The position numbers were made by a program, and so were the translations under genes. This document shows, in pieces, positions 22,125 through 30,030 of a stretch of 64,000 bases of DNA. The notes below the pieces were generated by a model. It ran no database searches. It saw only the letters and a list, made by a program, of their open reading frames with translations, and was not told the DNA's origin. The stretch is taken from the IMG/VR virus record IMGVR_UViG_3300031884_000008. One strand, given 5' to 3'. Positions within the stretch are counted from its first letter, which is position 1; each line of letters opens with the position of its first letter. This DNA comes from a virus (lineage: Duplodnaviria; Heunggongvirae; Uroviricota; Caudoviricetes).

Positions 22125-22394
22125 GTGATTAATGTTTTTCAATTAGAATACGAAACAAGACTAAAGAGTTGGTACGAACTCAGGCAATCCCTCGAAAACA
22201 AAGATATTGCCACTAAGTGTTTAGAAATAGACAAATGGTGGCAGTACGCACCTTTGGTTAATTATTATCTTCATCCAGATGATATTGATAATTGGCCCGG
22301 TCCGTGGGAATTACTGAATGATAACAATTATTGCCAAATTGCCAGGGGTTTGGGTATGCAATTTGCGTTCTCGTTTCGGTGTATAATACAATAA
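22125..22394 (+). CDS. hypothetical protein (paralog of next gene, shorter)
   Basis: YLHPDDIDNWPGPWELLN shared with 22395 ORF. Confidence 0.35.
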   Translation: MINVFQLEYETRLKSWYELRQSLENKDIATKCLEIDKWWQYAPLVNYYLHPDDIDNWPGPWELLNDNNYCQIARGLGMQFAFSFRCIIQ

Positions 22395-22838
22395 ATGAAC
22401 ATATTTTTACAGGATTACTATTTACGCCTCAAGGCGTGGCATGAACTTAGAGAAATCCTTAAGGACAAAGATTTGCAAACAATCTGCGTCGAGGTTGATA
22501 AGTTTTGGCAATGGGCACCTATTAGTGCCCATTATCTTCATCCAGATGACATAGAAGACTGGCCTAATCCATGGGAACTACTCAACGTGAATACTTACTG
22601 TCTATATGGTCGTGCATTGGGCATGATTTATACTCTTGTGTTATTGGGCGTACAAGACATTGACTTTGTTGAAGGAATAAGTGATAATGACAAAGATGTC
22701 ATATTAGTTCTGGTTGATAACGCAAAATATGTTATGAATGGTGGTATAGATACAGTGTTAAATACTGATCTTGCGTCGTTCGACATAAAGAAACATATCA
22801 ACATAGATCCATTGACACAGAAGATAGGCAAGCAATGA
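22395..22838 (+). CDS. hypothetical protein (tandem paralog)
   Basis: YLHPDDIEDWPNPWELLN; sits right after the fibre gene. Confidence 0.4.
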   Translation: MNIFLQDYYLRLKAWHELREILKDKDLQTICVEVDKFWQWAPISAHYLHPDDIEDWPNPWELLNVNTYCLYGRALGMIYTLVLLGVQDIDFVEGISDNDKDVILVLVDNAKYVMNGGIDTVLNTDLASFDIKKHINIDPLTQKIGKQ

Positions 22839-24490
22839 CAATTAATGTAACAAAAAGATCAGGAATAATCGAACCCCTACAACTAGAAAAGTGGCAGTCG
22901 CAAATCGCTAAAATTTGTAGCGGCATCGCTGACATTAGCCAATCGATGATTGAAATCAAAGCTTCTCCTCATTTTTTTGATGGCATTACTACTAGAGAAA
23001 TTGACGAGCTAACCCTGCGCGCAATAGTAGACCTAATTGATATTGAATCTAATCCGGACGTTGGTCATACCAATTACCAATTTGTGGCAGGTAAGCAAAG
23101 ACTGTCTATGTTGCGCAAAGACGTATATGGACAATTTCAGCCGCCGCATCTTTATGAGATAGTAAAGAAGAACGTAGAAGTAGGGCTGTATACATCTGAA
23201 CTGCTTGATTGGTATACGGAAGACGATTGGAATAAAATGAATGAAATGCTTGACCATGAAAAGGATGAGCAATATTCATATGCGGCGATTGAACAATTAG
23301 TAGAAAAGTATCTAGTTCGCAACAGAGCAACTAAAGAAATCTACGAAACTCCACAAGTTAGATACATGATCGCCGCCGCGACGGTTTTTCACAGCGAAGA
23401 ACCTAATACAGCCAGAATGCGATATATTAAGGAATATTATAATGCTGCGAGTGATGGGCTTTTTACTCTTGCTACTCCTGTGCTTGCTGGCCTTGGCACT
23501 CCTACTAAACAATTTAGTAGCTGCGTTCTTATTCGTAGCGACGATGATCTAGATAGCATCTTTGCTTCCGGAGAGATGATGGCAAAGTATGCGAGCAAGC
23601 GTGCTGGTATTGGACTAGAGATAGGAAGATTGCGTTCATTAGGTTCGCCAATTCGCGGCGGAGAAATCATGCATACCGGTATGATTCCTTTTCTAAAGAA
23701 ATGGTTCGGAGACCTCCGTTCGTGTTCTCAGGGAGGAATCAGAAACGCATCCGCCACTGTCTTTTATCCTATCTGGCATCACCAATTCGATGACCTAATT
23801 GTATTAAAGAATAATCAGGGAACCGAAGAAACCCGTGTTCGTCATATGGATTATGGCGTTGTTCTCAGTGCATTCTTCTGGCGCCGATTCAAGAATAAGG
23901 AAAACATCACCTTCTTTGATCCAAATGAAGTTCCAGATTTATATGAAGCGTTCTATAAGAACACAGCAAAGTTTGAAGAACTTTATGTAAAGTACGAGAA
24001 ACGTAAAGACCTTCGTAAGAAGACAATGAGTGCTGAAGAAGTGTTTAAGGGAGGCATACTAAAGGAACGCACAGACACTGGCCGCATCTATTTGGTCTTT
24101 ATCGACAATGTTATGAAGCAAGGCCCGTTCGATCCTGAGTACCATACTATATATCAATCTAACCTTTGCTGTGTAACCGGTGAAACACAAGTAACTTTCT
24201 TGCACGAAAACGGCAACACAGAACAAATGTCTGTTTCTAGTGCTGTGGAAAGATTTGAATTAGGTAATTTAACTACTTCAAAGATTAAAAGTTTTAAGAA
24301 TGGTGAAGTTTCCTGGGAAAATATTTCTGCGGCAATTAAAACTAAAACAGTCACCGAACTGTATGAAATTGAAGATGAAAACGGTAATGTATTGAGATGC
24401 ACAGGAGACCATCGTGTTTTTACTAAGAATAGAGGTTATGTAAGAGCCGATGAATTAGTTGAAACTGACGAGTTATGTGTTGAAATTTGA
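22835..24490 (+). CDS. nrdA: ribonucleotide reductase class Ia alpha subunit, N-terminal fragment (to active-site SNLC) fused to intein N-terminal half
   Basis: NrdA motifs (QFSSCVL, SNLC); intein block A CVTGET begins at ~24173 directly after SNLC; block B RCTGDHRVFT; in-frame stop at 24488. Confidence 0.75.
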   Translation: MTINVTKRSGIIEPLQLEKWQSQIAKICSGIADISQSMIEIKASPHFFDGITTREIDELTLRAIVDLIDIESNPDVGHTNYQFVAGKQRLSMLRKDVYGQFQPPHLYEIVKKNVEVGLYTSELLDWYTEDDWNKMNEMLDHEKDEQYSYAAIEQLVEKYLVRNRATKEIYETPQVRYMIAAATVFHSEEPNTARMRYIKEYYNAASDGLFTLATPVLAGLGTPTKQFSSCVLIRSDDDLDSIFASGEMMAKYASKRAGIGLEIGRLRSLGSPIRGGEIMHTGMIPFLKKWFGDLRSCSQGGIRNASATVFYPIWHHQFDDLIVLKNNQGTEETRVRHMDYGVVLSAFFWRRFKNKENITFFDPNEVPDLYEAFYKNTAKFEELYVKYEKRKDLRKKTMSAEEVFKGGILKERTDTGRIYLVFIDNVMKQGPFDPEYHTIYQSNLCCVTGETQVTFLHENGNTEQMSVSSAVERFELGNLTTSKIKSFKNGEVSWENISAAIKTKTVTELYEIEDENGNVLRCTGDHRVFTKNRGYVRADELVETDELCVEI

Positions 24491-24499
24491 TTCCCGAAC

Positions 24500-24506
24500 A
24501 TAAATA
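24500..24506 (+). promoter_or_regulatory. late-promoter-like ATAAATA box plus hairpin sequestering SD and ATG of the HNH gene
   Basis: acATAAATAcatatggagaaattcatATG; ACATATG/CATATGT 7-bp stem encloses the GGAG and start codon. Confidence 0.45.
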
Positions 24507-24523
24507 CATATGGAGAAATTCAT

Positions 24524-25459
24524 ATGTATAAAGAACTTTATAAGACTATAATTGACAACGCAAGAAAAGAAAACAGAATGAGAAATCAAGGAACATATTA
24601 TGAACGACACCATATCGTTCCTGATTTCTTGTACAAGAACAGAAAGAGAACAGGACCAAACGGGCATCTAGACGGTAATCCAGATAGCGCGGAGAATTTA
24701 ATTCTATTGACTTTTTCCGAACACTTAATGGCTCATTACTACTTGTATGAGATTTATAAAGGAACTCGTTATGAATACTCTGCTGGTTCTGCCCTGCAAT
24801 TCTTTTTTGTAAAAGCGACAGGCAACCACAAACGACAAATTAATTTGTCAGATGTTGATGAAAAGTTTCTTAAAGAAATGGAACACTTAAGACTACTAGG
24901 CAATGAATGTATTAGTAAGGCAAGAAAAGGAAAGATGCCTGTTGTCGATGCTGTGACTAGAGAAAAAATAGGATCAGTCTCCGTAGATCACCCTAAAGTT
25001 TTATCAGGGGAATGGGTTCATCATAGTAAAGGCGTTCCTGGAAAGTCTGCAAGAGATATGTCTGGTTCTAAAAATACTAACTTTAAGGAATTAACTCAGG
25101 ATCGAAGAGAAAGAATGTGGAAATGTGTGTCTGAATCTTGTCAAGAGGGTTACTTGAAGTTACACTTATTGCAGGATAATATGAAAAAAGAATTTGTAGA
25201 GTTTAAGAAAATTTCATTGGCGTGGATAGGCAAAAAGTTTGGATCTTTAGAAAATCTAATAAACGAAACGAATAAGAACTTGAATCTAAACATCAAATAT
25301 AATCCATATCATAGAAGCGCAGAGCAACGACGGGTTGCAGCAGAACACTCAAAAAAACATCGATGGTACAACAACGGCGTACAAAATGTAAGAGTCACAG
25401 ACGAAGAAGAATTTTGTAAACATAATCCAAATTATGTATTAGGAAGAATAAAAATATGA
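24524..25459 (+). CDS. free-standing HNH homing endonuclease located between split-intein halves
   Basis: YYERHHIVPDF...NGHLDGNPDSAENLILLTFSEHLMAH HNH motif; stop overlaps the start of the intein-C ORF (ATGA). Confidence 0.7.
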   Translation: MYKELYKTIIDNARKENRMRNQGTYYERHHIVPDFLYKNRKRTGPNGHLDGNPDSAENLILLTFSEHLMAHYYLYEIYKGTRYEYSAGSALQFFFVKATGNHKRQINLSDVDEKFLKEMEHLRLLGNECISKARKGKMPVVDAVTREKIGSVSVDHPKVLSGEWVHHSKGVPGKSARDMSGSKNTNFKELTQDRRERMWKCVSESCQEGYLKLHLLQDNMKKEFVEFKKISLAWIGKKFGSLENLINETNKNLNLNIKYNPYHRSAEQRRVAAEHSKKHRWYNNGVQNVRVTDEEEFCKHNPNYVLGRIKI

Positions 25460-26544
25460 TTAAAATTAAAAAAATTAAAGTAGAACCAACCGATGTATAT
25501 GACTTATCTGTGCCTGAAACAGAATGTTTCTTTGCTAATAACATATTAGTTCATAACTGCGAGATCCTACTACCTACAAAGTCATTCAAGAGACTAGATG
25601 ATGAGGCCGGCCGAATTGCGCTGTGTACCTTAGGGAGTATTAATTGGGGTGCGTTCCGTAACCCAGAAGATATGCGCCGAGCATGTCGTATTCTACTAAG
25701 AAGTCTGAATAACATTTTGGATTATCAAGACTTCCTTTCTATTCAGTCTAAGTTATCGAATGACGAGATTCGTCCAATCGGTATCGGTGTAACTAATCTC
25801 GCATACTGGCACGCTAAGCGCGGATATAAGTACGGAGACTCAGATGCACTACAGGACGTAAAGAGTTGGGCAGAACACCAGACTTACTACCTCATGGAAG
25901 CAAATGTAGAATTGGCAAAAGAGCGTGGAAAGTGCATTGACTCTGACAAGACCCGCTATGGTCAAGGAATCTTTCCCTGGGAACTTAGAGCCAATGGTGT
26001 AAACGAGCTAGCAGACTTTAATCCTGAGCTTGATTGGGAATCACTACGATTTGAAATGAAAGAGTATGGTGTGCGAAACAGCACAGTTGGTGCCATTGCT
26101 CCGGTTGAATCTTCATCTGTTGCCATTAATTCAACTAATGGTATTGCACTACCAATGAGTTTGATTTCTGTTAAGGAATCAAAAGCGGGATCCTTCGTGC
26201 AAGTTGTCCCAGAATATCATAATATTAAGGTCAGAAAGAATTATCAGTTGATGTGGGATCAGGTTGATTGCGTCGAGTATCTTAAGACCTCTGCTGTTCT
26301 TGCTGCATACATGGATCAATCAATTTCAACTGATACGTTCTATAATCCAGCACATTTCCCTGATCGCAAGATACCAACTACGCTAATTGCTAAAAATTTG
26401 ATGCTAGCACATAAGTTCGGTCTCAAGACGCTTTATTATAGCCTCGTGTGTAAACAAGGTTCTAAAGAAGAAGCCGACGATGCACCTCTTATGCCTATAG
26501 ACTTTTTTGAAGATGAAGATTCCTGCGAGAGTTGTAAGTTATAG
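25456..26544 (+). CDS. nrdA: intein C-terminal half (34 aa, blocks F/G ...ILVHN) fused to NrdA C-terminal fragment
   Basis: VYDLSVPETECFFANNILVHN|CEILLPTK; C-extein resumes with CEI of the SNLC-x-EI active site at ~25558. Confidence 0.75.
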   Translation: MIKIKKIKVEPTDVYDLSVPETECFFANNILVHNCEILLPTKSFKRLDDEAGRIALCTLGSINWGAFRNPEDMRRACRILLRSLNNILDYQDFLSIQSKLSNDEIRPIGIGVTNLAYWHAKRGYKYGDSDALQDVKSWAEHQTYYLMEANVELAKERGKCIDSDKTRYGQGIFPWELRANGVNELADFNPELDWESLRFEMKEYGVRNSTVGAIAPVESSSVAINSTNGIALPMSLISVKESKAGSFVQVVPEYHNIKVRKNYQLMWDQVDCVEYLKTSAVLAAYMDQSISTDTFYNPAHFPDRKIPTTLIAKNLMLAHKFGLKTLYYSLVCKQGSKEEADDAPLMPIDFFEDEDSCESCKL

Positions 26545-26575
26545 CATGTAAACTATAAGTTTTCTGTAAACTATG

Positions 26576-26582
26576 ATAAATA
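26576..26582 (+). promoter_or_regulatory. late-promoter-like ATAAATA box inside an inverted repeat (CTGTAAAC...GTTTACAG)
   Basis: tgATAAATAagtttacaggagatttacATG. Confidence 0.4.
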
Positions 26583-26600
26583 AGTTTACAGGAGATTTAC

Positions 26601-27269
26601 ATGAACTATGAAAAAATATACAATACATTAGTAAGTAGAGGACAGAGTAGAATACTAGAAGGATATAGCGAGAAGCATCATATTGTTCCTAAATGTCTTG
26701 GTGGAACCGATGACGCATCTAACTTAGTATCATTGACTCCTGAAGAACATTATTTGTGTCATCTGTTATTAGTTAAACTGTATCCTAACAATATACGACT
26801 GGTAAAGGCCGCTATGTTTATGCTATCATCAAATAGTGAACAACAGAGAAACAACAAGTCATATGGCTGGTTAAAGAGACAATATTCCGAATATATGCGC
26901 GGTCCTAATAACCCGGCAAAACTAAACGGACCATGGAACAAGGGTATGACAGGCTATAAAAATAAAGTCAACTTTTCGGACGACACATTAAAATCAATGT
27001 CTACCCGAATGACGGGTGAAAAAAATCCATGTTCTGGTGTTAAGCCCTGGAATCATCCAAGAGCAACAGATTATTCTAAATCTGTTTGGAAACAAGCAGA
27101 AACGATTTACAATGTTTGGGTAGAAAACAATAAACCCTCGTACTGTAAGTTATATACATTAGTGAACGATAAGAGTTATATTAATGAAAGCAAAGTTATA
27201 GGACCGTATATGAATATGGTAAAATATTTTAGAAGTGGTTGGATTCCAACACAAGATACCGAGTTGTAA
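26601..27269 (+). CDS. HNH homing endonuclease
   Basis: YSEKHHIVPKCLGGTDDASNLVSLTPEEHYLCH. Confidence 0.65.
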   Translation: MNYEKIYNTLVSRGQSRILEGYSEKHHIVPKCLGGTDDASNLVSLTPEEHYLCHLLLVKLYPNNIRLVKAAMFMLSSNSEQQRNNKSYGWLKRQYSEYMRGPNNPAKLNGPWNKGMTGYKNKVNFSDDTLKSMSTRMTGEKNPCSGVKPWNHPRATDYSKSVWKQAETIYNVWVENNKPSYCKLYTLVNDKSYINESKVIGPYMNMVKYFRSGWIPTQDTEL

Positions 27270-27468
27270 AGGAAAGCAGATTAAATACACCTACAGCGAA
27301 AGCATTGCTCCGTACGTAAAGAAGACTACTAAAGGTATTAATAAAACAGAAGAGCATAAAAAGAATCAAAGCAAAGCAATGAGCGGCCGTAGTGGGACAA
27401 AAGAGTGGTGCGAACAACATAGCGAAGCAATGAAGAAGTATCACGCAAAGATGAAAGACAAACTTTAG
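27235..27468 (+). CDS. NUMOD3-like fragment, possibly frameshifted C-terminal extension of the HNH gene
   Basis: KTEEHKKNQSKAMSGR resembles a NUMOD3 repeat; overlaps 26601 ORF in a different frame. Confidence 0.3.
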   Translation: MVGFQHKIPSCKGKQIKYTYSESIAPYVKKTTKGINKTEEHKKNQSKAMSGRSGTKEWCEQHSEAMKKYHAKMKDKL

Positions 27469-27519
27469 GAACGGTTGGGTTCCTATAGAAGATTTAGAAT
27501 GGAAAGAACTAAAGGAAAA

Positions 27520-28107
27520 AAAATGAAATTTAAAAATATCGTAGCAACAGCATTAGTATTATTCGCCGTCGGCGCCGGCGCAGTTTTAGCTGAGCCACTG
27601 CATGTCTGTAAAAATATTGACTATGCTCTATGTGCCGCAAGTCCAACTACGCCAACAGGTAAAACCATGAAGGTCAATGGCAAAACATTCAAAGAAGGCA
27701 TGGCAGCATGTCCAATACTTCACGGTGATGCTGCGGCCAACCTAAACCTGATGAATGGGTCATGTGATGCTCCTGGTCCAGGTAAAATTTGGAGTTTGTT
27801 TGGCATTCCAGCCCAGACCAGTTATCCACAACAACCCACTTGGGCGGTGGCACCTGCACAATTTAGAAGCTTCATTATTGGCACAACGCCTACAACCGGT
27901 ATGAGCAATATGTGGAGTTTTCCATGCGAGATCCAAGCACAAAAAGTCAATGGAGTAAAGTTGGCTTCGTGTTATGGACCTATCATGGAAAGTCCTTGGA
28001 CTAACGATCATGTTAAACCTGGCCAGATTGGATTTACCCAGGCCGCAGAAGGTGTGACATATCCGGTTGGTGGTAATGCTCCGGCTAACATTGGATCTAA
28101 AAAATAA
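27520..28107 (+). CDS. secreted Cys-rich protein (signal peptide), unknown function
   Basis: MKFKNIVATALVLFAVGAGAVLA signal-like N-terminus; 8 Cys; inserted between nrdA and nrdB. Confidence 0.45.
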   Translation, partial: KMKFKNIVATALVLFAVGAGAVLAEPLHVCKNIDYALCAASPTTPTGKTMKVNGKTFKEGMAACPILHGDAAANLNLMNGSCDAPGPGKIWSLFGIPAQTSYPQQPTWAVAPAQFRSFIIGTTPTTGMSNMWSFPCEIQAQKVNGVKLASCYGPIMESPWTNDHVKPGQIGFTQAAEGVTYPVGGNAPANIGSKK

Positions 28108-28108
28108 T

Positions 28109-29209
28109 ATGAGTAAAGCGCAATACAATCTCAATACCAAGACAGACTACCTGCATCGCAAGATGTTCCTGGATCCAGCAGGTCCCGTAACCATCCAACG
28201 ATTTGAGGAAGTAAAATATAATAAGCTAGCAAAAATAGAGCAAACTGCCCGCGGCTTCTTTTGGATTTCAGAAGAAATCAGTTTGACTAAAGATGCCAAT
28301 GACATGAAAGATGCTAGCGAGACAGTAGCACATATGTTTACTAGTAACCTATTGAGACAGACAGCCTTAGATAGTATACAAGGCCGAGCACCTGCGCAGG
28401 TGTTTACGCCAGCATGTTCTATTCCGGAACTAGAAGCAATCATGTCCAATTGGTCCTTTTTTGAAACAAATATTCATTCTCGGGCGTATTCACACATTAT
28501 TCGTAACATCTATAACGTCCCTAAGGAAGTTTTCAACACCGTTCACGATACTAGAGAAATCATCGATATGGCTGCAAGTGTAGGTGAATACTATGATCGT
28601 TTACATCTATTAAATTGTAAGAAAGAATGCGGTATTGATGTTTCTGAGGAAGAACACATTAATGCTATTTGGCTAGCGCTACATGCATCTTATGCACTTG
28701 AGGCTTTTCGATTTATGGTTTCATTTGCTACGTCACTTGCGATGGTAGAAAACAAAATCTTTATGGGTAATGGCAACATCATCAGTCTTATTTTACAAGA
28801 TGAGTTACTGCACAAAGAGTGGACTGCCTGGATGATTAACCAAGTGATCAAAGAAGATCCTCGATTTTTGCGAGCAAAAAATGAATGCGAAGCAGAAGTC
28901 CGTAAGATTTATGAAGATGTTATACGTGAAGAAAAGGAATGGGCCGGATATCTGTTCAAGAAGGGCCCGGTTATAGGTCTTAACGAACGAATCATGATAG
29001 ATTTTGTGGATTACAATGCTGTAGATGCATTGAAGCAGATTGGTATTAAGTATTGGAATCCGGCTCCAAAGTCCACTCCTATTCCATGGTTCAACAAACA
29101 CATGGATACTAGTAAGAAACAAACGGCGCTGCAAGAGTCAGAAAGTACTAATTACGTAGTCGGAATCATGTCACATGACCTAAATTACGATGAACTACCC
29201 AATATTTAA
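28109..29209 (+). CDS. nrdB: ribonucleotide reductase class Ia beta subunit
   Basis: Di-iron/tyrosyl radical motifs (EEHINAIW..., SFATSLAMVENKIFMGN...ELLHKEW). Confidence 0.75.
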   Translation: MSKAQYNLNTKTDYLHRKMFLDPAGPVTIQRFEEVKYNKLAKIEQTARGFFWISEEISLTKDANDMKDASETVAHMFTSNLLRQTALDSIQGRAPAQVFTPACSIPELEAIMSNWSFFETNIHSRAYSHIIRNIYNVPKEVFNTVHDTREIIDMAASVGEYYDRLHLLNCKKECGIDVSEEEHINAIWLALHASYALEAFRFMVSFATSLAMVENKIFMGNGNIISLILQDELLHKEWTAWMINQVIKEDPRFLRAKNECEAEVRKIYEDVIREEKEWAGYLFKKGPVIGLNERIMIDFVDYNAVDALKQIGIKYWNPAPKSTPIPWFNKHMDTSKKQTALQESESTNYVVGIMSHDLNYDELPNI

Positions 29210-29218
29210 GGAGAAGAA

Positions 29219-29452
29219 ATGAAGGCATTAATTTGGTCAAAGGAAAATTGCACCTACTGTGTGCAAGCAAAGGCTCTATTGGATTCTAAGGGAATCGAAT
29301 ATGAAGAACGTAAGATCGGGTCAGGATACGCAATAGAAGATTTGCTTGAGGCAATTCCAAACGCTCGCACTGTTCCGCAAATCTTTTTAGACGGAGCGTA
29401 TGTCGGCGGCTTCCGCGAGCTACAAGCTAAGTTTTTAGCGGAGTCAGTGTAA
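29219..29452 (+). CDS. glutaredoxin (NrdC/NrdH-like)
   Basis: 77 aa, CTYC redox motif, adjacent to nrdB. Confidence 0.65.
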   Translation: MKALIWSKENCTYCVQAKALLDSKGIEYEERKIGSGYAIEDLLEAIPNARTVPQIFLDGAYVGGFRELQAKFLAESV

Positions 29453-29453
29453 T

Positions 29454-29753
29454 ATGAAGTTTGAAGAAAACGAAGTGTACTCGTTCAAGATGCACAGCGG
29501 CGAAGAAATGATCGCAACGTATTTGGGTATGGACGGTGATGAATTGATCATTCACAATCCGGTATCAGTCGCACCTGGTCCGCAAGGTATGGGACTCATT
29601 CAATCCATGTTTACTTCAGATACGAAGTCTGATCCTAGACTAAATAATAGCAGCTACTCACTAGTATGCAAGACTGATGCCACTATTACTGAAAAGTATG
29701 TGGAAGCAACGACTGGTCTAGTAGTACCTAAAAAGAAGTTTATCACGGGCTAA
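29454..29753 (+). CDS. hypothetical protein
   Basis: 99-aa ORF, coupled. Confidence 0.35.
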   Translation: MKFEENEVYSFKMHSGEEMIATYLGMDGDELIIHNPVSVAPGPQGMGLIQSMFTSDTKSDPRLNNSSYSLVCKTDATITEKYVEATTGLVVPKKKFITG

Positions 29754-30022
29754 TGGCAAAGCTATCCAGAAAAAACGATACGACGGAAGCTAATGGTAAG
29801 ATAGTTCGCGGGGCCAGTACCGTGTTTGCGAACGGAATTGCTGTTGGTTTGCATGTCAGCGACATCACTCCTCACCCTGGCGGAGGTAAGCATAATGCCT
29901 CTAAGACTACTGAAGGTAGTCCTAGCGTATTTGCTGATGGTGTCGCGGTCCTTCGTGTAGGTTCTGGGACTACATGTGGTCACAAAGTCAATCAGGGTAG
30001 TCCTGACGTGTTTGTGCCTTAG
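29753..30022 (+). CDS. PAAR-like small Gly-rich protein (gp5.4-like spike tip candidate)
   Basis: GSPSVFADGVAVLRVGSGTTCGH...GSPDVFV repeats resemble PAAR-domain organisation. Confidence 0.35.
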   Translation: MAKLSRKNDTTEANGKIVRGASTVFANGIAVGLHVSDITPHPGGGKHNASKTTEGSPSVFADGVAVLRVGSGTTCGHKVNQGSPDVFVP

Positions 30023-30030
30023 GATAAAAA

